A stretch of DNA of 64,000 bases, taken from positions 512,001 through 576,000 of the forward strand of contig OY969564.1 in assembly GCA_963701095.1 (NCBI GenBank), given 5' to 3'. Position numbers and translations under genes: made by a program. Shown here piece by piece: positions 23,684 through 34,083 of this stretch. This DNA comes from an uncultured Methanoregulaceae archaeon (lineage in GTDB: Archaea > Halobacteriota > Methanomicrobia > Methanomicrobiales > Methanospirillaceae). How positions within the stretch are numbered: position 1 is the first letter of the stretch; each line of letters begins with the position of its first letter. A model generated the notes under the pieces. The model was not told the origin of the DNA. It worked only from the letters and a program-made list of their open reading frames with translations, and did not search any database.

Positions 23684-24847
23684 ATGAATGCGGAAAGACA
23701 GATCACAGGTCATAGCTCCCGGTTGCGGAAGTATCAAAAATACCTTCTTGTCCCGGCAATCCTCGCAATCCTCGTTATTATCGGTATACATCAGATGGTC
23801 TCGGCAGATAGTATCCAGACAGGAAATCTCGTCGTGGCAGTCACCGATTATCATAACGATGGCAGTCTTGATGGTGCGGCAGTGTACGTTGATGGTGGAT
23901 ATGAGGGTACCACATCCGAAACGGACGGTGCGGGGACACTTAATATATCTGATATAGCACAGGGTTCCCACACCCTGAGGGTGACCGATTCCGGCTACCG
24001 GTCATTTTTAGAGACATTCACTTATCCCGAAGGACCGGAGATTCACGTAGCCCTTTCAGACAGTCCCCTGGTTCCCCTGATTCCAGAAAATAACAACAGT
24101 CGAGGACTCAATATTGTTTTTATCCCTTCTTCGACCTATTTCCGGACATCGGATGATTCCGTGGTCAGAACCAATGCATATACGGACAATGAAACCCTGT
24201 TCCGGCAGGATGTGACCCGCATTATTAACGATACGTTCGATAACCTTGGAGCAGTAACAGATCCCGCTCTTCCCCTCCCAAGTGATTACCAAAGCCGGTT
24301 GAATTTCTATTACTATTTCGATCCCGCAAATCCTGCCGATGCATTTTCCGGATGCGCTGGCACTGTTCCTGATTCGTACTGGGACAATGTTACCTTCAGC
24401 GATCTTACCGTTGTCCTATACCCCCTCTATGACGGCCTGTATACCAATGTATCATATCAGCCCGTCGGCTGTTATGTCAATTCCGGCACCGGGCACAAAG
24501 TGATGAAGGTACCGGCAAACCGGGAGACCCTTGCTTACCATGAATCAGGCCATGGCCTCTATGGACTTGTCGATGCGTATTGCGGGGACACCGATTATTT
24601 CGAAAATGACCCCTATCCCAATATCTGGTCCTCCCAAAACGGGTGCATTTCCAGTGCAATTGCTGATAACCGCGATCCTTCAGGCTGCCGCCAGGTCCAG
24701 TCGGACCCTGGCGATACGGACACCTGTATTAAGAACTTCTGGCGATCGGATCCTGATCCGGACATCATGAAAACCGGAGAATTCGGCATGTTTGGCGCAG
24801 CATCGACAGAGCGGATTGTCTATATTCTTAATAAATCTGAAGAGTGA
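23684..24847 (+). CDS. secreted zinc metallopeptidase, M64-like, with N-terminal PEGA-like domain
   Basis: Signal/TM, AAVYVDG..G..HTLRVT..GY (PEGA-like), LNIVFIP, HESGHGLYGLVDAY zinc motif, late DIM Met-turn. Confidence 0.7.
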   Translation: MNAERQITGHSSRLRKYQKYLLVPAILAILVIIGIHQMVSADSIQTGNLVVAVTDYHNDGSLDGAAVYVDGGYEGTTSETDGAGTLNISDIAQGSHTLRVTDSGYRSFLETFTYPEGPEIHVALSDSPLVPLIPENNNSRGLNIVFIPSSTYFRTSDDSVVRTNAYTDNETLFRQDVTRIINDTFDNLGAVTDPALPLPSDYQSRLNFYYYFDPANPADAFSGCAGTVPDSYWDNVTFSDLTVVLYPLYDGLYTNVSYQPVGCYVNSGTGHKVMKVPANRETLAYHESGHGLYGLVDAYCGDTDYFENDPYPNIWSSQNGCISSAIADNRDPSGCRQVQSDPGDTDTCIKNFWRSDPDPDIMKTGEFGMFGAASTERIVYILNKSEE

Positions 24848-26186
24848 GGTCCATGAAAAAACACATTTTGGTAAACGTTTGTATATGCCTCATGATCCTT
24901 ATCAGTCTGGCGGTGCTTGCCGTAGCAGCGCCAACTGCACCGGACTATGAAAAAATCCTGCAGATCCACCTTAATTACAAGAACGATGAATACAAGGTGA
25001 TTTCACAGACCGTTACCTATGGCAGGCCCCCGAATCTTGCCATTTTATTCGGGCCTATCAAAGGTAATATTACAGACAAAAAAGGTTCGCAGCTTGCGTC
25101 ATTTTACCTCACAGATCCGGGCATTGCTGTTGGGGAGATTGTTGCAAATGGATCGACGGGCTCTCTCATACCCTATTCAGAACGCCAGTTATCGGGGACA
25201 TTAACCCTCAATCTGCCGGTCTTTACTGATATGCAGATATTCTCCCTTTACGATACCCGGTCCGGAACGCTTCTGGTCTCTTCTGATGTCAGTTCCGCGT
25301 TTTCTACATTTTGCCTTGGTTACCCTAAAGACCCGGATTGCCTGAACCGTGGAACCGTTGCCTCACAGACAAGCACTCTTCCCGATAACCTCTTGATTAT
25401 CGTGGGAGTCTTTGCCGGGGTCATCATTGCTGCCGAAGGCATTCTTTACCTTACGAAACGTGCCAAGATGTCAGGACCCGAACCGGTAGCAAAACAAGCG
25501 GGAATCGTTGTGGATGATTTACTGGTAACAAAACAAACGGTCCTTATTGTAGATGATTCACTGGATATTATTGATGTGGTTTCATCTGCACTTATTAAAA
25601 ACGGATACCAGTGTATTACCGCGACCGGCGGAAAAGAATGCCTCGATATCCTTATGGTTCAAAAACCTGATGTCATCCTGCTTGATGTAATGATGGAACC
25701 ACTTGATGGATGGTCAACGCTCCGGCAGATCAAGAAAAATTTAGCAACCAAATCCATCCCGGTTCTAATGCTTACCGCGAATAACTTAACTGCCCATGAC
25801 GCACAGAAATACCACATTTGTATCGAGGATTATATCCAGAAACCGTTCCATGAGGAGGCATTGTTTGCGGCAATTGAGCAGATACTTGCAAGGAAAAATG
25901 CCATCAGAGCGTCCCTTGCTATGGCAGAAAAAGCCGGTGTCGACCGGGAGAAATTCTGTAAGCTGGCATCATTGTCGACCGGGTCCTCGTGGATAAGAAG
26001 ATAATCAATATTTTACAGAAACCTGAAGACGGTATGTTTATGGCCTGTACTGTGGAACGCGAGACCAAAGAAGTCATATCAGAGATGATCCGGAACCTCA
26101 GGGTTAGAGAGATCCAGATGGAAGAACTCAAAAATGAGATAACCAGGACTTTCACCCGGAACGGATTTGTTCCTCCGTCGTGGTGA
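24844..26186 (+). CDS. membrane-anchored response regulator (signal peptide, extracellular domain, TM, REC, helical tail), one frameshift at ~25980
   Basis: Signal peptide, TM LLIIVGVFAGVII, REC VLIVDD/LLDVMM/LTA/KPF; tail continues RVLVDKKIINIL in the next frame. Confidence 0.8.
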
Positions 26187-26263
26187 AAGTTTATACCTAG
26201 TTAAGGTATGGGGAAAAGTGACTATGAAAAAGCAAGAACTAAACAGGCTTTTAATCTGTAAAC

Positions 26264-28375
26264 GTGGAATTCTTATATTCGGGAAGTTGTGATATGCCAC
26301 TTGGGAAAAGATCGATTCCGGACAGCTTAAGACATTTTATGATATATTTTATTGTTTTTTTTGCCTGTGTCCTTCTTGTCCTTACTGCTCTTTCATTTGA
26401 AGATACAAAAACCGAAATCGAATCCTCTACAAGCATGTACCTGGGTAGCGCGGCATCCAGCATTGCTTCTGTGACCAACTGGAATTACATCAGTGCCATA
26501 ACGCCGGGCAGTGAAAGTTCGGATCGGTACACTAATCTGGTGCAGGTTTTTAAAACCACGGAAGCACGTTACCCGAATATCAATAAGATCCTCATTATAG
26601 AAAAGACACCGTCCGGGTATGAGTATCTGGCTGACAGTGCCTGGGATACACCGGACGGACATGCCATCGGTTCACCATTCGTTGATGCACCAGCAAACTT
26701 CGATACTCTTTACAATGAAGGCATCCCGTTTGGTACTCTCCCCACTAATGAAACCGATTCCCTTATTGGATCTGCACCAATCCGGGATACAAACGGTCAG
26801 GTCAAAGCAATTGTCTTTATCGCTGCTGACAGTTCCGGTTTTATAAATTCAATGAACCGGATTGACGAAATGCAGTTTGTCCTTCTGATCATCCTGCCGG
26901 CACTTGTCATTGTGACCGTTTTCCGCTCCGAAATGCTCCTTGACCGGTTGCGAAAATCGATCCGGAAAAGTGAAGCTGAATATAAATCCGTGGTCGAATC
27001 AACCAACGATTCAATCAGTATTGTCGACCATAAAGGCACCTACCTGTTTATGAACACCCGATATCGTGAGGATCTGGGACTCTTACCAGAAACCAAAAAG
27101 GGTGCAACGTACCGGGACTTTCATTCAGAATCCGAGACAAACCAGTTCCTTGATGATATCAACAGGGTGTTCAACTCAGGGACAATGCTGAACAAAGAAC
27201 TGGCGTTGGGTAAGAAAAACCTGCTCCAGGTCATGAACCCGGTAATCGATCCGGAATCCGGAGCGGTCATTGCGGTAACAGAAACACTGAGGGATATTAC
27301 CGATCAGAAAAATGTCGAACAGGCCCTCATAGACAACGAACAGCGCTACCGGGTCCTGCTACTCAATGCTAACGATACCGTCATTATTTTCGAACCGTCC
27401 GGAGATCAGATCGGCAGAATAATAGAAGTAAATGCCATGGCAACTACCATGTTCGGCTATAGTACCGACGAAATCCTGAATATGAAGATTGCCGATTTCG
27501 GGATATCAAAATCTGATGAAAAATACATGAAAATTTATGAAGAACTTCTCACAACTTCACATACTGTCTTTGAGACTGAGATCCGGAAAAAATCCGGCCA
27601 TCTCCTGCCAGTAGAGGTAAGTATCCGGCTTTTTACGTTCCAAGACAGACCGACAGTTCTCGCGAGCATCCGGGATATCTCTCAGCGTAAAGCTACGGAA
27701 AAGGCGATCCAGGAATCTCTCCTTGAGAAACAGCTATTGCTCAAAGAGATCCACCATCGGGTAAAAAACAACCTTCAGGTCATTATCAGTCTTCTCAACC
27801 TCCAGTCACGGTACATTACTGACCCGGCGACCCTTGCCGTAATTATGGAAAGCCAGCACCGGGTAAAAGCGATGGCGCTTGTGCATGAACAACTCTACCA
27901 GACTCGACGGTTTGCTGCTATCAACTTTAAAAATTACACTCAGGCTCTTACCGGCAATCTTATGAGTTCCATAAATGCTCCTTTCCAGAAAATTGACATG
28001 AACATCGATATCGAAGAGAATGTCTGGATAAATATTGATGCTGCCATCCCCCTGGGACTCATCCTGAGCGAATTAGTCTCCAATTCCATGAAATACGCGT
28101 TTCCGGATGCCAGTAAAGGCAGGATAGACATTTCCCTGAAACCGGATAACAACGGGAACTATGTTCTGATCGTCAAAGACAACGGTATTGGTATGCCTGA
28201 AGATTTCAACTGGGAACAGACCCGATCCCTAGGTCTTCGCCTCATAAGGATGCTCACCCGACAAATAGAGGGAACTATACAACGGCTGCCCGGTGAGGGA
28301 ACAGGTTTCCGGATTGAGTTTGTGCCAAAATGGGAAGGTCAGGATGATGGACCAAGTCCAGATCCTCAGCAATGA
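26264..28375 (+). CDS. membrane sensor histidine kinase, extracellular domain + 2 PAS + HisKA_2/HATPase
   Basis: Two TMs, two PAS, LLKEIHHRVKNNLQ, ELVSNSMKYAF, DNGIG, SLGL. Confidence 0.92.
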   Translation: MEFLYSGSCDMPLGKRSIPDSLRHFMIYFIVFFACVLLVLTALSFEDTKTEIESSTSMYLGSAASSIASVTNWNYISAITPGSESSDRYTNLVQVFKTTEARYPNINKILIIEKTPSGYEYLADSAWDTPDGHAIGSPFVDAPANFDTLYNEGIPFGTLPTNETDSLIGSAPIRDTNGQVKAIVFIAADSSGFINSMNRIDEMQFVLLIILPALVIVTVFRSEMLLDRLRKSIRKSEAEYKSVVESTNDSISIVDHKGTYLFMNTRYREDLGLLPETKKGATYRDFHSESETNQFLDDINRVFNSGTMLNKELALGKKNLLQVMNPVIDPESGAVIAVTETLRDITDQKNVEQALIDNEQRYRVLLLNANDTVIIFEPSGDQIGRIIEVNAMATTMFGYSTDEILNMKIADFGISKSDEKYMKIYEELLTTSHTVFETEIRKKSGHLLPVEVSIRLFTFQDRPTVLASIRDISQRKATEKAIQESLLEKQLLLKEIHHRVKNNLQVIISLLNLQSRYITDPATLAVIMESQHRVKAMALVHEQLYQTRRFAAINFKNYTQALTGNLMSSINAPFQKIDMNIDIEENVWINIDAAIPLGLILSELVSNSMKYAFPDASKGRIDISLKPDNNGNYVLIVKDNGIGMPEDFNWEQTRSLGLRLIRMLTRQIEGTIQRLPGEGTGFRIEFVPKWEGQDDGPSPDPQQ

Positions 28376-28626
28376 TGCTGACCTTCCCTGTGCGAAGCAG
28401 ATTACGGATAGCATAATACGAATCTGAAATGACTGTTTACAGAAATGTATGGGTATATTTCTCTATTCACCATCTCTTCCTGTTAAATACCAGTCGGGAA
28501 ATAGAAAAGAAAAAGAAAGATATTATTATTATTTTTTCGATTTTTTCCGACGTGTAGTTTCATTTTTTGAAACATTGGTAGGGGGTTCTTAATCTTTCTC
28601 CCGAAACATTTCGACGGTGTACATTC

Positions 28627-30777
28627 GTGCATTTCCTCGCTCAGCATACCACATGTCTCTATCCCGCCAGCCAAAAATTACCTCTTGTCTTGATAATTTT
28701 GACATTCGTCGCAATACTGCCTGTTTCGGCTACCTACTACGATGTAAACAATACGATTATCAACCCCGGCGCAACCGTGTATATTGGAGAACAGCAGCTG
28801 AACTTTAACACACCCAATGTATTAGCAGCCCTTCAGGGAGATGATGCGATCGGCTGGTGGCCATCCGCGAGTCTTTTGTCAACTACAGCACCTACGCAGA
28901 CGTACGATCTGAACCAGCTCAACTTGGCATCTATGTATATCTCTCAATCTGACTTTGGTAACTACCCCGGCAACTGGTATGGTGTGAAGGATGGACAATA
29001 TGATGGCAGGGGTTCACTTTTTAATGTGCAGGACCCATCGCTTTCTTTAGATATTTTTGATATCTCAACGGGAACCGTTGTTACTGGCGGTAATGTTGTA
29101 CAGGGTGACCAGCTGACATTCCGGATTAACACAAATCTCAATTCTGCCCTTGATTCTTCAACACGTGCTCAGGATACCATTAATGCCCCCAATTCGGGTA
29201 ACATTGATATCATTGTGCGCAATTCTTTAGGATCCACCTATACTTCACTCTACAATGGCAATGGTCCCCAGGCAACTTCAAGCCTCACCGAACAGGATGT
29301 AAACCAACAACAGTGGTTCTGGGGTACAACGGGAGGAGCAGTCCCCGCGACCACGAATGTCAACTATGCCTGGGACACGGGCGTAATCGATGCTACCGGT
29401 CAGTTCCTTTATAAAAACGGGGTCTATATTGTTATCGCAAAGTCAAGACTTAATGGAATGTACGATAATTACCTGAACACAGGAGCTACCTACACCTGTT
29501 CAACGGTCAGCCAACCCGCGACGATCACGATTGTAACCAACACAGTCTCGCTTTCAGCCAATGTGGAATCGGTTATCCGCGGCAACCCGTTCTCGGTTAC
29601 TATCACAGGTAAACCATATACAACATACCATCTATGGGTAACTGGAGCCAGTAAAATGACCGGTGGATCCAACAACCAGCCACCTACAATTCTTAAAAAC
29701 CAGGCTGGTGTAATGTTTGATCCTCGTACTACAACCAGCCAACCCGCAACGAACACTCCCTATAAACCGGTTGCGGACAACGGCGGGTACATGAGCCAGT
29801 CAGGCGTCACCGTTTGGAATGATGTTGCCCATGGCGATGACATGACAACCTTTGGTCCCGATTCACAAGCACTGGGTGATGGCACCTTTGAGTATGCCAA
29901 CGTGACGCTTGATCAAACCGGAGCGAGAACCGTTGAATGGTGGACAACTCCTTTGACTCAGGCCACGCAGTATACTATTCGTGTTGAACAGGACTTTGGA
30001 ACCACATCGAATCACAACTACATATACGATGAGGTGCCAATGCAGGTGCAACAAGGCTCCGTAACTATCGTAGCTGCCGGCACCCAACGATACAACATCA
30101 GCGATAATGTGCAGTTTTCGGGCATAGATACAGCATCCCAAAATGTCTACCTCTTCATCACCGGCCCTATGCTGAACCCGGCAGGTGCAGACTTCACGGC
30201 AACTCCCGGGCAAGTGAGTGCTAACGTCATAAATGGGAACGCATCTACGTTTGAGCGGCCAACCGTTCGTGGTGATAATACATGGGTATGGGAATGGTAT
30301 ACCAGCGGAGTTCCTCTTTATTCCGGTAATTATACGGTCTATGCTGTCGGTGAACCCAACGATACAACGCATCTCAGCAATGCGTCTTATGCCTCAGTTA
30401 CTATCTTTATCAATAGTCCTTTAGGTAGTGCTAATATTTCCCAGACGATTTCTCCTAACGTGACAGCAACCGTAACTGCGAACGTAACCTCGAACGTCAC
30501 TTCAAAAGCTAATGTGACGGTGACAGCGACAGGTACGCCGACGGTCACTACCACCATTTCCAATATGCCAACGAATACACAGGTACCAGTTACCCCAGTA
30601 ATAACAGCGACACAGTTCACCACGTTCGTCATTACGCCAAAGCAGAATGCACCGACCGAGACCATACCGCCCCTGCCCGCGATCACACCGCGAAAATCAC
30701 CGCTCTCTCCATACACTCCTATAGCCGGAATGGTGATTGTTTGTGGTATATTCTCGGCAATAAAACGGAAGCGATAA
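28627..30777 (+). CDS. S-layer-like surface glycoprotein (DUF3821-type N-terminus)
   Basis: INPGATVYIGE..IGWW..GNWY, many NxS/T sequons, Thr-rich linker, tail RKSPLSP-TM-KRKR. Confidence 0.75.
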   Translation: MHFLAQHTTCLYPASQKLPLVLIILTFVAILPVSATYYDVNNTIINPGATVYIGEQQLNFNTPNVLAALQGDDAIGWWPSASLLSTTAPTQTYDLNQLNLASMYISQSDFGNYPGNWYGVKDGQYDGRGSLFNVQDPSLSLDIFDISTGTVVTGGNVVQGDQLTFRINTNLNSALDSSTRAQDTINAPNSGNIDIIVRNSLGSTYTSLYNGNGPQATSSLTEQDVNQQQWFWGTTGGAVPATTNVNYAWDTGVIDATGQFLYKNGVYIVIAKSRLNGMYDNYLNTGATYTCSTVSQPATITIVTNTVSLSANVESVIRGNPFSVTITGKPYTTYHLWVTGASKMTGGSNNQPPTILKNQAGVMFDPRTTTSQPATNTPYKPVADNGGYMSQSGVTVWNDVAHGDDMTTFGPDSQALGDGTFEYANVTLDQTGARTVEWWTTPLTQATQYTIRVEQDFGTTSNHNYIYDEVPMQVQQGSVTIVAAGTQRYNISDNVQFSGIDTASQNVYLFITGPMLNPAGADFTATPGQVSANVINGNASTFERPTVRGDNTWVWEWYTSGVPLYSGNYTVYAVGEPNDTTHLSNASYASVTIFINSPLGSANISQTISPNVTATVTANVTSNVTSKANVTVTATGTPTVTTTISNMPTNTQVPVTPVITATQFTTFVITPKQNAPTETIPPLPAITPRKSPLSPYTPIAGMVIVCGIFSAIKRKR

Positions 30778-30965
30778 TCCACTATTATTTTTCTAATTGT
30801 ATCTTTCTTAATCACACCCAACAGTCAACAAATCTTTCAGCGTTTGTTTCACACACTGATTTTAAAGAATACTCCTTTATAATCGCATTTATTTTATAAC
30901 CTACAAGAATCCCGAAAATTTCCTTTATGGATTTTTTCGGGTCATTTAAATGGAGGAATTCTGGT

Positions 30966-31106
30966 ATGGTAAATGTATCCGCGAATGGGGAAGTCTACCG
31001 GTGCGAGGTCTGTGGGAATGTCGTTGTTGTTAAAGAGGCCGGGGGAGGAGAAATTATGTGTCATGGCCAACCTATGAAACTCGAGAGTACCCCTCCAGGG
31101 AAATGA
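30966..31106 (+). CDS. stand-alone desulforedoxin-like small iron-binding protein (46 aa)
   Basis: Below the ORF-track cutoff. MVNVSANGEVYRCEVCGNVVVVKEAGGGEIMCHGQPMKLESTPPGK; GGAGG RBS upstream. Confidence 0.85.
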   Translation: MVNVSANGEVYRCEVCGNVVVVKEAGGGEIMCHGQPMKLESTPPGK

Positions 31107-31195
31107 GCCTCTTTTAGATCCTGAAATCTGGCATGAATGAAGTTTGACTCTGTTTTCACTATTTCAAAATATATGAAAAAAGAAATATTTGAGGA

Positions 31196-32233
31196 TTACA
31201 ACGCCGGCTTTGTTTTGAGTGCAGCGACCAGGAGATTCACACCAGCTTCGATATCTCGAACATCCAGTACTTCAACGGGGGAGTGAATGTACCGGGTAGG
31301 TGGACTGATGGTAGTGCTTGGCACCCCGCCACGGGATAAGTGAATGGAGGTAGCATCGGTTGTTCCTCCAGTACCTACTTCAACTTGGAAGGGTATTGAG
31401 TGCGACTCGGCGGTATCTTTAAGCCATTGGACAACTTTGCGGTTTGCTATCAGACCGCGACCGCTGCTATCGACGATAGTAATGACCGGTCCTTTTCCCA
31501 TTTCGACTGCCGCATCTTTCATATCAATGCCCGGGTGATCTCCGGGAATGGTCACATCGGTGGCAATTGCCCAGTCAGGATCAATGGAATAGGCACTGGT
31601 TTTTGCACCTTTGAGCCCGACTTCTTCCTGGACTGTAAAGACAGCATAGAGGGTAAAAGGCGATTTTACCTGCTGCATGGTCTTAACAAGCATTGCAACG
31701 CCGGCCCGGTTATCAAAAGCTTTGCCGGTCACGCGGTGATTAGCGAGCTCGGTAAATTCACGATCGATCGTTATCGGTGTCCCGACCTCGATACCAAGCT
31801 CCGCCACATCATCCCGGTTATTGGCGCCGACGTCGATAAACATATCATCCGTTTTTACGCCTTTCTTGCGCTCTTCCTCGTCCATCATATGCGGAGGTTT
31901 CCCTCCTATGACACCAATCCGGTCCCCTTTGGCCCCATGGATGATAACACGCTGGTTATACAGCGTCGGGGCATACCAGCCACCGAGCGTGATGAAACGG
32001 ATAAAACCTTTATCGTCAATATACTTGACCATAAGACCGATCTCATCCATATGGGCTGCAAGCATCACCTTCGCTTTATTGCCGTGTTTAACCGCGATGA
32101 GATTCCCCATCGCATCTTCGGTTATTTCATCAACATGTCCTTTCAGTTCTTTTTTAATCAGCGCAAAAACACTGCCTTCGCTTCCGGATACCCCATGGGC
32201 ATTGGACAATTTTCGTAAAAGTTCTTTTACCAT
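31196..32233 (-). CDS. M42 family (TET-like) aminopeptidase
   Basis: AAHMDEIG, KAFDNRAG, VQEEVGL, GGTTDA, RYIHSP. Confidence 0.95.
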   Translation of the reverse strand: MVKELLRKLSNAHGVSGSEGSVFALIKKELKGHVDEITEDAMGNLIAVKHGNKAKVMLAAHMDEIGLMVKYIDDKGFIRFITLGGWYAPTLYNQRVIIHGAKGDRIGVIGGKPPHMMDEEERKKGVKTDDMFIDVGANNRDDVAELGIEVGTPITIDREFTELANHRVTGKAFDNRAGVAMLVKTMQQVKSPFTLYAVFTVQEEVGLKGAKTSAYSIDPDWAIATDVTIPGDHPGIDMKDAAVEMGKGPVITIVDSSGRGLIANRKVVQWLKDTAESHSIPFQVEVGTGGTTDATSIHLSRGGVPSTTISPPTRYIHSPVEVLDVRDIEAGVNLLVAALKTKPAL

Positions 32234-32235
32234 AG

Positions 32236-33341
32236 TTATGCTCCTGTTGCCATCCTTATCCTCTCTAATGCCTTTTTAAGGTTCTCCCGTGACGCAGCAT
32301 AACTCAGCCTTGCATATTCTGGGGCATTTGCGCCAAATGCCGATCCGGGCGTCACAATAACTCCCCGGTCGATAATTTTCTGGACAAGTGCTGGCTTCAT
32401 AGGGACAAATGCGTAAAACGCTCCTTCCGGCACCACAAGGGAGAAACCCAGGTTAGTAAGCCCTTTACAGATCAGGTCACGCCGTGCATGGTACTCGTCC
32501 CTCATCTGATGGACCGCAGTCTGATCTCCGGTGTAAGCCGCAAGCGCTGCATATTGGGATATTGATGTAGCGCAGGCTTGGCAGTACTGGTGCACCTTGA
32601 GGCACTGGCCGATGATTTCCGAAGAGGCCGCGAGATACCCGAGCCGCCAGCCGGTCATTGCATAGGTCTTGCTTGCCGCGTTTATGGTAATCACGTTGTC
32701 ACCGAACCGGGCGGCACTTATATGTTTTTTGCCGTAGACAAAATGTTCGTAAACTTCGTCGCTGACAACGGTAACACCGGCATCGTTCGCATATTCTACC
32801 AGTGCCTTGATCGACTCGCGGCTTTCGACTGCGCCAGTGGGATTTGAAGGTGAATTCAGGACAAAGACCCGGCTCCGTCAATAAGCTCTTTTGCTTTTTC
32901 GAGGTCGATATGGAATGTATCATCAAGTGGCACGCCGACCGGCTGGCCACCGGCAAGGGTGGCAAGTGCTGCATACGATACAAAGCCAGGGTCAGCACAG
33001 AGAACGACATCACCGTCGCTTATGAGCGATTGCATGACAATATGAAGAGCTTCGCTCGCACCAGCAGTAACCAGGATCTGGTCGGGATTATAGGGCAGAT
33101 CGTTTTCTTTTTTGAACTTCGTGCTGATAGCTGCCCGGAGTTCAGGGATGCCCGTATTTACTGTATAACCGGTTTTTCCCGCTAGGATTGCGGCAATTGC
33201 CGCGTCCTTGATATGCTGTGGCGTGTCAAAATCCGGCTGACCAAGCCCGAGATTTATCGCATCAGGCCCGGCAGCCTCAAACATCCGGCGTATCCCGGAA
33301 ATTTCTATGCCTCTTACTCGGGTCGAAAAATGTTCTTCCAT
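32236..33341 (-). CDS. class I PLP-dependent (aspartate-type) aminotransferase, one frameshift at ~32870
   Basis: INLGLGQPDF, then LNSPSNPTG, SDEVY, SKTYAMTGWRLG in the shifted frame. Confidence 0.9.
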
Positions 33342-33363
33342 AGTCTCTCACCTTGACTTCCCA

Positions 33364-33963
33364 CTATTCAATATTTGCGTGCCGGTTTTTGAGTGCGGTT
33401 TCATCTGTCTTGGTAATCTCCATGAGCCGCGAGATGACTGCATCGGAAAGGATCATCGAAGCTGTCTCAAAAAGAGTACCTAAGGGCGCAAACGATTTGT
33501 GGTCACCCAGCACCTGGCGGATTTCGAATTCGGCTGCATCGTCTTTGACGTCATCACGCTGGTTTTCTATAATGACTTTTGAGTCGGCAATTTTTCCAAT
33601 CCGTGAATCTGCATTTGAGGTGATCAGGCAGATATGGGCACCAATCTCCTTTCCGGTCTCGGCGATATCGGCAACAGTTTTTGTCCTGCCGGATCCTGAA
33701 AAGATCACAATGACGTCCCCTTTCTGGAGCGCCGGAGTGATCGTCTCCCCGACTACATATGACTGGAAGCCAAGATGCATCAGCCGCATTGCAAAACCTT
33801 TTGCTACAAGCCCGGATCTCCCGGCTCCCATCACGTAAATGCGCCGTGCATTCAAGATCTCGGTGAGAAATGCATCAATGTCTGTATCGGAAATTGAAGA
33901 TGCAATTGCCCGGATCTTTGATGCCATCAGCTGCATCATTTCCTGAACCCTGTGGTTTTCCAT
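33364..33963 (-). CDS. hxlB: 6-phospho-3-hexuloisomerase
   Basis: SIS fold: GAGRSGL, VGETITP, SGSG, APLGTLFE, RHANIE; start taken at MENHRV. Confidence 0.92.
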   Translation of the reverse strand: MENHRVQEMMQLMASKIRAIASSISDTDIDAFLTEILNARRIYVMGAGRSGLVAKGFAMRLMHLGFQSYVVGETITPALQKGDVIVIFSGSGRTKTVADIAETGKEIGAHICLITSNADSRIGKIADSKVIIENQRDDVKDDAAEFEIRQVLGDHKSFAPLGTLFETASMILSDAVISRLMEITKTDETALKNRHANIE

Positions 33964-34083
33964 CCTTCTCGCAAGAATGATGCTATCCCATAGTAGAAGA
34001 GAATTTCGTACTGTCAGTATTAATGAAACCTTCTGCAGAAGGACCAAAGCCTGGAAATCTCAACAAAAAAGGCGGAAAAAATA

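Noticed and set aside
16124..30800. Integrated element at tRNA-Arg
   Set aside because: No integrase, transposase or phage/plasmid gene, and I found no duplicate of the tRNA 3' end by eye; content is typical chromosomal signalling and surface genes
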